Positions 49,229 to 58,847 of a stretch of 64,000 nt of DNA are shown here, piece after piece (within the stretch, counting starts at the first letter, position 1; each line of letters opens with the position of its first letter). The notes under the pieces were generated by a model. The model saw nothing but the letters and a program-made list of their open reading frames with translations, had not been told where the DNA came from and did not search any database. The position numbers were made by a program, and so were the translations under genes. Source of the stretch: Candidatus Thorarchaeota archaeon (GTDB lineage: Archaea > Asgardarchaeota > Thorarchaeia > Thorarchaeales > Thorarchaeaceae); the NCBI GenBank assembly GCA_029855935.1, contig JAGSHN010000019.1, positions 41,216 to 105,215 of the forward strand, written 5' to 3'.

Positions 49229-50764
49229 ATGACGGTCGCAATCGATGGTGAGAGTCTGACAATCGAGGATGTTGTCCGCGTCGCACGAGATGGAGTACAG
49301 GTTGTCCTCTCAGAGAGCGCCCGCGACAAGATTCTTCGGAGTCGTGAGGTCGTCGAGACTGCTGTGCGGGAGGGACGTACAGTCTATGGTGTGAACACAG
49401 GGTTCGGTGACCTAGCGAATGTGACAATCGATGCTGCGGATGTTGCAGCCCTACAGCTCAACCTCATACGAAGTCACAGTGTCGGTGTCGGTGACCCGTT
49501 TCCGGACGAGGTTGTACGGGCTATGATGCTCCTGCGAGCAAATGCTCTGGCCAAGGGCTACTCCGGCGTCAGGCTTGTGGTGGTCGAGACTCTGATCGAG
49601 ATGCTCAATCGTGATGTGGTGCCCGTCGTCCCACAGCAGGGATCTGTGGGGTCGAGTGGCGACCTAGCACCGCTGGCCCATATGGTACTTGTGATGATTG
49701 GTGAGGGCGAGGCACGGTATGGTGATGATGTCTTCTCAGGTGAGGAGGCAATGCACCGAGCGGGGATTGAGACACTGCATCTAGAGGCGAAGGAGGGCGT
49801 TGCACTGATCAACGGCACGCAGCCCATGACCGCTGTCGGTGCTCTCGCGGTACACGATGCGCTCGCACTCGTTCGGGATGCCACTATTGCGGGCGCGATG
49901 GGCCTTGAGGCGCTGAGAGGCACAAGGAGGGCGTACGACCCACGCATACACAGGATACGACCACACGAGGGACAGGCCGATGCCGCACAGGCACTGCTCA
50001 GAGTCCTGCAGGACAGCGAGATCAACCAGTCTCACGCCGACTGTGGCAAGGTGCAGGATGCCTATTCTCTGCGTTGCTTTCCTCAGGTACTGGGTGCCTG
50101 TATCGATGCCATAAGATATGTCTACAGCGTCATTGAGACAGAGATCAATGCGGCCACCGACAACCCTCTCGTCTTCTACGAGGGAGGTCACGATGTCATA
50201 TCTGGAGGAAACTTTCACGGTGAGCCCATTGCTCTCGCAATGGACTTTCTCGCCATCGCTCTTGCCGAGATTGGCAACATCGCCGAGCGCAGGATAAACC
50301 GGCTTGTGGACCCGAAGTTGAGCGGTCTTCCTGCCTTTCTGACCCGGAACAGTGGCCTGCAGTCGGGGATGATGATTGCACAGTACACAGCCGCCTCTCT
50401 CGTGTCAGAGAACAAGGTCCTCGCGCATCCGGCAAGTGTCGACTCAATCCCCACGAGTGCTGAACAGGAGGACCACGTTAGCATGGGGACCATTGCTGCG
50501 AGGAAGGCCCGTCAGGTCCTTGAGAACGTCCGCAACATCGTGGCGATTGAGTATCTGTGTGCATCGCAAGGGATTGACCTATTGCGTCCATTGCGCACGT
50601 CTGAACCGCTCGAATGCGCGCACGCCGTCATTCGGACTAGGGTGAGGGATCTCACAGATGACCGTCCGCTCTATCTGGACATCCGCGAGATTCGTAGCCT
50701 GATGGACAGTGGCGAGGTAGTCTCCGCAGTCGAGGCGGTCACAGGACCACTCTATGAGCCCTGA
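49229..50764 (+). CDS. hutH: Histidine ammonia-lyase
   Basis: YGVNTGFG, LIRSH, GSSGDLAPL (MIO), QDAYSLRC, GGNFHG, QEDHVSMG. Confidence 0.96.
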   Translation: MTVAIDGESLTIEDVVRVARDGVQVVLSESARDKILRSREVVETAVREGRTVYGVNTGFGDLANVTIDAADVAALQLNLIRSHSVGVGDPFPDEVVRAMMLLRANALAKGYSGVRLVVVETLIEMLNRDVVPVVPQQGSVGSSGDLAPLAHMVLVMIGEGEARYGDDVFSGEEAMHRAGIETLHLEAKEGVALINGTQPMTAVGALAVHDALALVRDATIAGAMGLEALRGTRRAYDPRIHRIRPHEGQADAAQALLRVLQDSEINQSHADCGKVQDAYSLRCFPQVLGACIDAIRYVYSVIETEINAATDNPLVFYEGGHDVISGGNFHGEPIALAMDFLAIALAEIGNIAERRINRLVDPKLSGLPAFLTRNSGLQSGMMIAQYTAASLVSENKVLAHPASVDSIPTSAEQEDHVSMGTIAARKARQVLENVRNIVAIEYLCASQGIDLLRPLRTSEPLECAHAVIRTRVRDLTDDRPLYLDIREIRSLMDSGEVVSAVEAVTGPLYEP

Positions 50765-50812
50765 GATGGACTGTGAGATGGTAACCTGATGACTCAGATG
50801 CCAGCGGCTCGC

Positions 50813-52081
50813 TCAGGGTCCGAGCTTCGTGTGCACCACCTGCCCTGCCACTATCACCGTGTGAATGAGATTTGTGGCGAATCTGTAGGCCAGGTACTCG
50901 GGGTTTGGACAGTCGAGGACTATGATGTCGGCCCGTTTGCCTACCTCTATGGAGCCCAGCTGGTGCGCACGGTCAATCGCGTGAGCCGCATTGATCGTTG
51001 TGGCCGAGATTGCCTCTCTTGGGAACATCTTCATCTTGTAGCAGGCGAGGGCGATGGTGAAAAACATTGACTCATTGGCACAGTTGGGGTTGAAGTCTGT
51101 GGCAAGGGCAACAGGAAGCCCCATCTCAATCATATCGCGTGCGCGGGCGTAGTCGGTGTCAAGACTGAAGGCAGTCGCAGGAAGCAGAGTGGCAATCGTT
51201 CCTGCAAGACGCATCGCCTCAAGGTCATCATCCGATGCCATCAGCAGATGGTCGGCCGACACTGCACCAACCTCGGCGGCAAGGCCAGCACCTCCCAGAT
51301 GGACAATCTCGTCAGCGTGAACCTTCAGTTTCATCCCCGCGCTCTTGGCTGCGAGGAGTATTCTCCGTGACTGCTCGATGTCGAAGACTCCTCTCTCACA
51401 GAACACGTCACAGAACTCGGCAAGACCCGCCTTGGCCACCGAGGGTATCATCTCGTCAACAACGAGGTCCACGTAGTCGTCCGTTCGTCCCTTGTATTCT
51501 GGTGGTACCGCGTGGGCCCCGAGAAAAGTTGTCACAATCTCTGAGGGGAGCATCTCTCTGAGTCTCTGTGCTGCTGCGAGCATCTTCATCTCGTGTTCCG
51601 TGCTAAGGCCGTACCCGCTCTTGACCTCGATAGTCGTTGTACCGAGGGTGAGCATTCCATCTGCAAATGAGAAGGCTATCTTGGCAAGTTCGTCCTCTGA
51701 TGCCGCCCGTGTGGCTCTCAGAGTGTTGAGGATCCCGCCCCCAGCCTCAAGGATCTCCATGTAGGTCTTACCTGCCAATTTCATTGCAAAGTCGTTCTCG
51801 CGCGACCCGGCAAAGACAAGATGAGTGTGGCTGTCCACGAACCCGGGCATTGCAAACATACCGGGAAACTCGACCTCCAGCATCTCCGGTGCTGGCTCAT
51901 CGATCTGACTGACGACATCCTGTGTAGGTCCGACAGATACTATTCTGCCTCTCTCTATGGCGATCGCAGCGTCCTCTATGATTTCGAGTTCCCTCAGATC
52001 CTCACCGGTCTTCGGTGAGTCCGTGTGTCCAGCCAGCGTCGCCAGTTGTCCTATGTGTTTCAACACGAGGTCGGGTCGCAT
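50813..52081 (-). CDS. hutI: Imidazolonepropionase
   Basis: PGFVDSHTHLVFAGSR, EVKSGYGL, DVFCE, HADE, ATDFNP. Confidence 0.96.
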   Translation of the reverse strand: MRPDLVLKHIGQLATLAGHTDSPKTGEDLRELEIIEDAAIAIERGRIVSVGPTQDVVSQIDEPAPEMLEVEFPGMFAMPGFVDSHTHLVFAGSRENDFAMKLAGKTYMEILEAGGGILNTLRATRAASEDELAKIAFSFADGMLTLGTTTIEVKSGYGLSTEHEMKMLAAAQRLREMLPSEIVTTFLGAHAVPPEYKGRTDDYVDLVVDEMIPSVAKAGLAEFCDVFCERGVFDIEQSRRILLAAKSAGMKLKVHADEIVHLGGAGLAAEVGAVSADHLLMASDDDLEAMRLAGTIATLLPATAFSLDTDYARARDMIEMGLPVALATDFNPNCANESMFFTIALACYKMKMFPREAISATTINAAHAIDRAHQLGSIEVGKRADIIVLDCPNPEYLAYRFATNLIHTVIVAGQVVHTKLGP

Positions 52082-52229
52082 CCTGTTTCTCCCTGTCCTG
52101 CCTCGCTATCACGCCCTAATTTGAGTTGTGCCGTCTGGACTTCAGAGTTCAGCTGACGGGCCCTCACTGCGGTGAATTAATATGCCGCCAGCAGGTGCCT
52201 GACTCAGAGAACTGAGGCTGAGATGCGTC

Positions 52230-52811
52230 ATGGAGTACTTGGTGCTGGGCTGGGACGACATCTACAATCTGACCCTGCAGCTCTCCGAGAGGATAGTCGA
52301 GAGTAGCTACGAGCCCAACGTGATTGTGGGGATTGCACGTGGAGGATGGATTCCGGCGAGAATCCTGTCCGACGTGCTCTATACTCAGACGATGTGGAAC
52401 GTTCGCATCGAGTACTATACCGAGCTCGGGATACGAGGTCCCGAGCCACGAGTGACCCAGCCTCTGTCTGTTCCTCTTGAGGGCAAGCGCATTCTTCTCG
52501 TTGACGAGGTGGCGGACACTGGTGAGAGCCTGAGTCATGCTGTCGACTACGTCCGTTCTCTCGATGTCGCTGATGTCCGTACGGCTGTCTTGCACCTCAA
52601 GCCGGCATCGATGATCCGCCCGGACTACTACATCCAGGAGGTCAATGCCTGGATAGTCTATCCGTGGGAGATACGCGAGTCGATAATCGCGCTTGTCAAG
52701 GAATTCCGCCGACAGGACCCGACGCTCACCCTGAAGGACATCCGTGACCGTCTCGTCTTCGAGGTGGGGTTCGACCCGACACTCGCCGACTACTTCATTA
52801 AGCGGCTCTGA
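52230..52811 (+). CDS. Type I phosphoribosyltransferase (purine salvage, Gpt-like)
   Basis: GIARGGW, LLVDEVADTGES, WIVYPWE. Confidence 0.9.
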   Translation: MEYLVLGWDDIYNLTLQLSERIVESSYEPNVIVGIARGGWIPARILSDVLYTQTMWNVRIEYYTELGIRGPEPRVTQPLSVPLEGKRILLVDEVADTGESLSHAVDYVRSLDVADVRTAVLHLKPASMIRPDYYIQEVNAWIVYPWEIRESIIALVKEFRRQDPTLTLKDIRDRLVFEVGFDPTLADYFIKRL

Positions 52812-52823
52812 TGTCCCCTCCTC

Positions 52824-53408
52824 GTGATGATTATCGAGACGCTCATACACGGCTCCAAGGAGCTCAAGGTCGGTATCTCAGAGCTTGACAACCGTGCTGG
52901 TCTGACTGACTCGCAGATGATCGATGTGGCACGTCACGCCTCTGAGGGGTTGCTTGCGCTGCGCCTCTTCGACCCCGCCAATATTGCAGCGCCCATCCAC
53001 GTACTGTCTGCGGCACAGAATGCGCTGAATGCGTGGCTCGGCGACTATGCGATCACACGATCTCTCGACCTTGAGATAGTGGTCTATGCCTCTGCTCAGC
53101 GTCAGATCGACCGTGCGCTTGCGCTGTTGGGCCTCAGACCAGGCCTCTCCACCGTGGGTGTCGTGATGATTGGTAGTTCCGAGACTGACCTCAAGGCCGC
53201 GCTTGCAAGGCTGTCATCAGACATTGGTCCCGAGAGACCGACTCCGTTTGCCCCCACCGAGGAGCGACTGAAACGGGTTGCCGAGGCCTTTGGAGTCTCC
53301 GAGTCTGAGATTGATATTCTGGCCGGCGGCCGAACTGTTGAGGAACGTGTTGAAGCGCTTGCACGATGTGTCGTCGGTCGTGTGTCGGTGGTCGCCGTCG
53401 AGTCCTAG
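52824..53408 (+). CDS. cgi121: KEOPS subunit Cgi121
   Basis: ITRSLDLEIVVYASAQRQIDRAL..LG. Confidence 0.85.
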   Translation: MMIIETLIHGSKELKVGISELDNRAGLTDSQMIDVARHASEGLLALRLFDPANIAAPIHVLSAAQNALNAWLGDYAITRSLDLEIVVYASAQRQIDRALALLGLRPGLSTVGVVMIGSSETDLKAALARLSSDIGPERPTPFAPTEERLKRVAEAFGVSESEIDILAGGRTVEERVEALARCVVGRVSVVAVES

Positions 53409-53938
53409 TACTGGTCATCACGCATCGTCATTATTGAGAGGATGTCCTTCTCGGGGACAAGGACCGAGACACCCGTCCACTCTCCCACCACCTCAATCCA
53501 CACAGTCCTGTCGGGATTGTCCAGATTGACCTCTCTGTTGATGAGTGGTGCGACCTCGTTGATGATATCCCCACCTCTCAGCTCCGTATGCCTAGTGCGG
53601 ACCGTGATTCTGAACGTCTCCATTTCGGCTATCTTGTTGCCAAGTTCCTCCACCGCTGCCTTGATACTGTCAATCTCTGTGGGGACGCATCTCTCAAGCG
53701 GGATGAACTTTATTGCGAACCGGAACTGATAGGGGTTCTCCTCAGCAATCTCTCTCAGCCTACGGACGACCTCGAAGGGGTCCAGCGAGGTCTTGGACGC
53801 CAAGAGGCCTGTCACTCGTGTCCGATGCACTCTCAGCCGCTCGTCTCCGAGGAGGTCACCGACGAAGTACTGTACCTCCGACTGGGCTGCACGTTCACGG
53901 TTTCGTGGACAGGCTATGAGCAGGTTGTATTCGGCCAT
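53405..53938 (-). CDS. Stand-alone THUMP-domain protein (Tan1-like)
   Basis: TFRITVRTRH, VNLDNPDRTVWIEVVG. Confidence 0.88.
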   Translation of the reverse strand: MAEYNLLIACPRNRERAAQSEVQYFVGDLLGDERLRVHRTRVTGLLASKTSLDPFEVVRRLREIAEENPYQFRFAIKFIPLERCVPTEIDSIKAAVEELGNKIAEMETFRITVRTRHTELRGGDIINEVAPLINREVNLDNPDRTVWIEVVGEWTGVSVLVPEKDILSIMTMRDDQY

Positions 53939-53947
53939 ATCATCAAC

Positions 53948-54658
53948 TCAGCTCTCGTGATGGATGATTCTTGCTGTCCAGAGTTCCATTGCAGCGGCGT
54001 CGCTGCGGAGTACTCTTGTCAGGTTCTCTATTGAGATGGCGCCCTCTCGATACACCCTGATACTGGCTGGGGTATTGCCATCCACTCTCACGATGGTGGA
54101 GTTGGCAGTCGCGCTCGAACGACCGCCATCAATATAGAGATCCACCTCATCACCGAGCTGCAGTCTCGCACTATCGACGTCAAAGGGAGTGGGTCCACCG
54201 CTGATGTTCGCACTGGTCCCCACTATGGGAGCGCCTATTCGCCTTGCCATCCCCCGCGGAATCACGTGGTCTGGAACGCGGATGGCGATGCTCTCGTGCC
54301 TTCCTCTGATGCGCGGACTGACCTCTCGCGACGGACACACAATCATCGTCAGGGCGCCAGGCCAGAAGAGTCTCGCCAGAGCGAGTTCGAGGCCGTAGAA
54401 ATCGTGGTACTCCTTGCACTGCTCAAGGTCGTGAAAGAGTAGTGGCAGTCCCATCAGTGGATCTCTGTGCTTGACTTGAATGAGCCTGTCAACAGCTGCG
54501 TCAATCCCGGGGTCACAGCCTATCCCATAGCTCGTGTCAGTGGGATAGACTACAAGACCGCCTCTCTCGAGTACCTGCACAGCCTCATCGAGTATCGGGG
54601 TCAGGTCGCCTCCCTCTGAGTACGTCACGACCTTGCTCGACAAATAGACCACATGCAT
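53948..54658 (-). CDS. tsaC: Threonylcarbamoyl-AMP synthase (short YrdC/TsaC type)
   Basis: VYPTDTSYGIG, FWPGALT, IRVP, TSANISG, STIV; no C-terminal Sua5 domain. Confidence 0.92.
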   Translation of the reverse strand: MHVVYLSSKVVTYSEGGDLTPILDEAVQVLERGGLVVYPTDTSYGIGCDPGIDAAVDRLIQVKHRDPLMGLPLLFHDLEQCKEYHDFYGLELALARLFWPGALTMIVCPSREVSPRIRGRHESIAIRVPDHVIPRGMARRIGAPIVGTSANISGGPTPFDVDSARLQLGDEVDLYIDGGRSSATANSTIVRVDGNTPASIRVYREGAISIENLTRVLRSDAAAMELWTARIIHHES

Positions 54659-54732
54659 AGCCCTGCCTCCAAATACACTTATGGGCCTTGCGCTCAGCTG
54701 GATGGTGGGGAACCGCAACGGCGACGAATAGG

Positions 54733-55833
54733 ATGAGAGATGCTCGACTCACCGGTGTCATTCTGGCGGCCGGGCGCGGCGAGAGGCTTAGACCGCTCAC
54801 CGACACAGTCCCAAAGGCGTTGATTCCCGTTGTTGGTAGACCCCTCCTCATGCGTATTCTCGAGGCGTTGAGAGAGGCCTCTGTGGAGCGAGTCGTTGTG
54901 GGCACGGGTTGGCTGGCGGACAGGGTCATTCATTACGTCCGGGATGAACTGGGGTCCGACGTGATGAACGTGCAGGCCGTCCCAGTTCCTGACTACGTTG
55001 TGGGACCTCTAATGACGTTCGTGAGAGCAGTCTCTACAGTGATTGATGCGGACAGCGGTTTGGAAGAGAATGATGGCAGTGATGACGAAGAGGCGGCTCT
55101 CATAGTATTCCCGGGCGACTGCCTGCTGCCGCCCTCTGTCGCACAGGTCCTTGTCAATGAGGTGGACAGGCTCTCTGAGGAGTGTCCTGTCATTGTCGCC
55201 GTCGCAGAGTCTGGCACGGGCGCAGAGGTGTATGGCACAGACGATGGTGTCCTCACCGGGTTGGGCCGTGCCGTTCGACCGGAGGGGACACTGGTGGGAC
55301 GTAGTGCGATGGGCATTGCCGTCTCTCGGAGGTCTGTTGGTGTCTTCTCTGCCGCTCTTGACAGCGGGCTCACAAGGCTCGCTGACGTCATCAATATGAT
55401 GATCACCAGAGACACGTCCCCCAGGTTCGTCCAGGTTGAGAACGAGTTCCCGGTTGTCGACATTGACACCCCCTCCAGCCTACTGATGGCTGTGCGTGAG
55501 GTACTCAGCAGGCCTGACCTGGTACCAATCCAAGATGGAGTCTTTGTGCCAGGGGGTGACGTCATAGATGTGGGACATGACCTCGTTCTCTCGATGCAGA
55601 CATCCATAGATGCTGGCACGGGTCTTCACGGCCCTGTCTATATTGGTCAAGGATGCAATATCGAGGGGGGCTCGCGTATTGGGCCCTGGGCGTGCATCGA
55701 GGGGGGTTCAGTCATCGGGCGCAACTGCACGATGCACGATGCACTTGTGCTCAGTGGCTCATCAGTCCCCGACGGGGCTCTTCTGTCCAACACAATCGTC
55801 TTCGGCGACATAGTACTGAGGAGTGATGAATGA
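54733..55833 (+). CDS. Sugar-phosphate nucleotidyltransferase with C-terminal LbH domain
   Basis: ILAAGRGERLRPLT..PKAL, DIDTP, hexapeptide tail. Confidence 0.85.
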   Translation: MRDARLTGVILAAGRGERLRPLTDTVPKALIPVVGRPLLMRILEALREASVERVVVGTGWLADRVIHYVRDELGSDVMNVQAVPVPDYVVGPLMTFVRAVSTVIDADSGLEENDGSDDEEAALIVFPGDCLLPPSVAQVLVNEVDRLSEECPVIVAVAESGTGAEVYGTDDGVLTGLGRAVRPEGTLVGRSAMGIAVSRRSVGVFSAALDSGLTRLADVINMMITRDTSPRFVQVENEFPVVDIDTPSSLLMAVREVLSRPDLVPIQDGVFVPGGDVIDVGHDLVLSMQTSIDAGTGLHGPVYIGQGCNIEGGSRIGPWACIEGGSVIGRNCTMHDALVLSGSSVPDGALLSNTIVFGDIVLRSDE

Positions 55834-56455
55834 GTTGCCAAGCAGGTTTCGTCTTCGACGTGTCTTTAGAGGCGTGGTTCTCGCCATAGCCCGCCCTCTT
55901 GCATCACGCGGTGTCAACCCCGACGCAATCAGCTACCTGACTCTGCTGACTGCCTACGCTGGTGGTCTGCTTCTGCTGCTGTTTCAACACCAACCGGTCT
56001 TCGGCGTCTTTGTGTTTCTCACAGGCCTGTTTGATGGAGTGGATGGTGCAGTGGCACGGCTGAGTGGGAGGTCCTCGCCGATGGGTCCCCTTTTGGACTC
56101 GGTGGTGGACAAGGTCGCCGAGGTCACGCTCATACTGTTCATTGCATTGAGCCTTCCTGAGGTGGTGATTCTCGGAGTCTCCGTACCAGTCTGGTGTGTC
56201 CTGTGCGTTTCAGGCTGGCTGCTGACCAGCTATACACGTTGTCGTGCTGAGTCGCTGGGCGTGAGTGACCTTGACATTGGTCTTGGAGCGCGGTCTGAAC
56301 GCCTCTTCACGTTGTTCGTGTTTTCGGTCTTCTGGCTTCTCAGGTGGGGACTTGTGGTTGTGACCCTGCTTGGAATCGGCACTGCAGCATACCGTTTTCG
56401 TCACTACAGTGAGGAGCTGCAGCAGGCCACGCGATCGGATCTTGAACAGGCGTAG
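55826..56455 (+). CDS. CDP-alcohol phosphatidyltransferase (archaetidylinositol phosphate synthase-like)
   Basis: DGVDGAVAR...G..LDSVVDK, SYTRCRAE, RSERL. Confidence 0.88.
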   Translation: MNELPSRFRLRRVFRGVVLAIARPLASRGVNPDAISYLTLLTAYAGGLLLLLFQHQPVFGVFVFLTGLFDGVDGAVARLSGRSSPMGPLLDSVVDKVAEVTLILFIALSLPEVVILGVSVPVWCVLCVSGWLLTSYTRCRAESLGVSDLDIGLGARSERLFTLFVFSVFWLLRWGLVVVTLLGIGTAAYRFRHYSEELQQATRSDLEQA

Positions 56456-56734
56456 GAGAATTGGACACATCAATGGTGCAGCTGAGCACGACATCTGACT
56501 GATGAGAGAGCCTGTTCTATGTCACGCTGATGACGACTGGTGGTCGGTGCTGTGACGAAGTCGGGAACAAGAGCGTAGAGCCATCTCTGTGGGGCGCGAC
56601 CTGTCTATGTCCATTTGCAGCCCCACGCGACTGATAGACGCAATAGTATCCGCACCGGGCCTGCTTGCAGCCTCTATCAGCACGCCTCTGAGACTTGCCG
56701 AGCCGCAAGAATGGGAGAGAGTCGGCCGTGACAC

Positions 56735-57050
56735 GGTAGGGCTTGGAGTGTCTCTCGAAGAAACTCCAGATGACTTCAGGTGCATCCGCATCGCGGCCTG
56801 TATTGCCAATCGCCTTGGAGGACAGACACTGGTACACGCCCGGCCATATGTGACCACCACCCTCAATATCATACAACACCATCTCCGCTTCACCATTGTC
56901 ATCGCTGTAGCGAACACAGTGGATTCGTGTACCGGCCCCCGGGTAGATGTCCGGGAGCCAAGACCCGACGGTCTGTTCCAGCAGTTGTTATGATCGGCCC
57001 GGTACTCACTGCACGGGCTGCCCCGCTGCCCGAGGAACAGGTGATGGTGA
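56735..57050 (-). pseudogene. Frameshifted 3' remnant of an LpqC/PHB-depolymerase-type esterase
   Basis: EYRADHNNC in one frame shifts to WLPDIYP..GTRIHCVRY..MVLYDIEGGGHIWPG..DAPEVIWSFFERH; N-terminal GxSxG region not found. Confidence 0.7.
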
Positions 57051-57284
57051 CCGTAGTGACCGCCACCACTCCGCATCCTATCGCGCTCTCCACGAACAAT
57101 ATCCATCAGCGCTCCCTACTAGTTGCTGAGGCATTGTCAGTCCGGTGGAAGTTTGCAACCCCCAGACCAGAGTACAACAAACTTGTAGCCAGCCTCTCTC
57201 GACAGTCGAGGACTCCCGGCACCATCATACTTAAGAGCGACCCTAATCTCGGCGCAGTCCAGAGACGTAATGGAGCAAGGACTC

Positions 57285-57704
57285 ATGCCCATCTTCAGAG
57301 CTGACCACTATCTTCTTGCAGATATTGCGGATCCGACTGACATCAAGGAGGACGCTGAGAGAATCCTTGAGGGTCTGAAGGACATCCCCGTTCTCAAGGA
57401 CCTCGCAATGGTCTCGAAACGTCTTGAGGGGGCCTCGTGGATGGAGATACTCGGTCGCGTGGATATCCCCGAGGGGTCCAAGGCATTCTGGGCGATGGTG
57501 AAAAAGGAGGCAACCGAGAGAGAGCCTTACAATCTCTTCGTCAGAGTCGATGTCAATGCTGAGGCAGACGACATAGAGAGTGCGAGGGCGAAGGTGAAGA
57601 AGTGGATTGAGACCGAGTGGGTCCCAAAGATTGAGGCAAGGATTCCGCTCAAGAACGTGAGGGTGCTCCGCCCAGAAGAGATCTATATGCCTCCACTGAA
57701 GTGA
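57285..57704 (+). CDS. Hypothetical cytoplasmic protein
   Basis: Typical host codon usage; CTTAAG box ~57230 and AGGA RBS; no recognised family. Confidence 0.7.
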   Translation: MPIFRADHYLLADIADPTDIKEDAERILEGLKDIPVLKDLAMVSKRLEGASWMEILGRVDIPEGSKAFWAMVKKEATEREPYNLFVRVDVNAEADDIESARAKVKKWIETEWVPKIEARIPLKNVRVLRPEEIYMPPLK

Positions 57705-57717
57705 GCCTGTCAGACTG

Positions 57718-58734
57718 CTAATCGGTCACACGCAGCAGATAGATGGTATTCATCACAGCCTGTACTATCTCTCTATGCCCGTCACCGTCGACGTCACCGA
57801 CTGCGACGAGCGCGTCCGCTGCGCGTCTACGCGTCTTGATTGAGGCCTCCTCCACCAGCCGTCGTCCATCCAGCGAGAAGATACTTAGCAGCGAGTTCGT
57901 CTGCGTCAGAACCACCTGACCCGGCGAGGGAGCACCATCCGTTATCCTATCGACGACAACAGCGCTGACCGGACCCGGTGCCCGAATGTTGTCGTAGATC
58001 TCTATTCCCGTGGGGCCAGAACCGAAGACCGTGACGTTCCTATCGGCCACCGCCACTATCTCGTCCAGCCGACCCCCCGTGATCTGTCCAGTGGCGACAA
58101 TGTTCACTGGTCCTCTTGCCCGGAACTTCCCAATCTCATGCAGCCTGTCATCCGCATACTGATAGACAAAGATATGCTCACTGTCATCACCAAAGACGAA
58201 TCTGGAGTAGGGCAGGCTTCTACTACGGAACGGTGCTATTGAGAAGACGGGTCTCTCGACGACCTTGTGGGCGAGCTTGTCAAGTGTGTCTGAGAACCAT
58301 CCAAAACATCGGAGTGCGTTGTCATCGGTTGAGACTATCACTTCCGCCTTCTCGTCGCCCACCATATTCCCCACACAGACCGCCGTCGGCATAGTCCTGA
58401 GCGGACAAGCGCACATCTCAGTTATGTTATCGCCACCCAGCCCCACCACACGCAGGCTCGTATCCATCCCGCCAATCACTATGTCTGGTTGGCCGTCCCC
58501 GGTCACATCACCTATCGCCATCGCGGCCACGGGAGGGAGATTGGCGAGCCTCACGACCTCCACAAAGGAGCCCTCGTTCCCGAGCCGCATGATCCGGACT
58601 GCACCGTCTATGGTGGTCACGACCAACTCATCACGGTTGTCCCCTGTGACATCAACGAGGGCAATCGAAGTCACTGTTTCTCTCAGTGAGTGTTCGGAGA
58701 CCATGTGTATCTCTGTCACAGGGTGCACCACCAA
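57718..58734 (-). CDS. Cytoplasmic FG-GAP/VCBS-repeat beta-propeller protein
   Basis: Repeats DVTGDNRDELVV, GDVTGDGQPDIVI, GNMVGDEKAEVIV, GQITGGRLDEIV, GDVDGDGHREIV; no signal peptide or TM. Confidence 0.8.
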   Translation of the reverse strand: MVVHPVTEIHMVSEHSLRETVTSIALVDVTGDNRDELVVTTIDGAVRIMRLGNEGSFVEVVRLANLPPVAAMAIGDVTGDGQPDIVIGGMDTSLRVVGLGGDNITEMCACPLRTMPTAVCVGNMVGDEKAEVIVSTDDNALRCFGWFSDTLDKLAHKVVERPVFSIAPFRSRSLPYSRFVFGDDSEHIFVYQYADDRLHEIGKFRARGPVNIVATGQITGGRLDEIVAVADRNVTVFGSGPTGIEIYDNIRAPGPVSAVVVDRITDGAPSPGQVVLTQTNSLLSIFSLDGRRLVEEASIKTRRRAADALVAVGDVDGDGHREIVQAVMNTIYLLRVTD

Positions 58735-58847
58735 GGACTTGCGCGGCCCTTGGCGACTTCAGACCGAGCGGGATTTAAGAGTTGTTCCGTGAGGCTAGAG
58801 TGGACACTTGGGTCAACAGGCCAACGATAGTCTCGAGACGAAGTGAT

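Noticed and set aside
54733-56455. Di-myo-inositol-phosphate synthesis pair (IPCT/DIPPS)
   Set aside because: The transferase carries an LbH domain atypical of IPCT, and the partner looks more like a lipid AIP synthase; unresolved
56522-57304. Intact CDSs from the overlapping ORFs in this interval
   Set aside because: Low-quality translations; only the esterase fragment is recognisable
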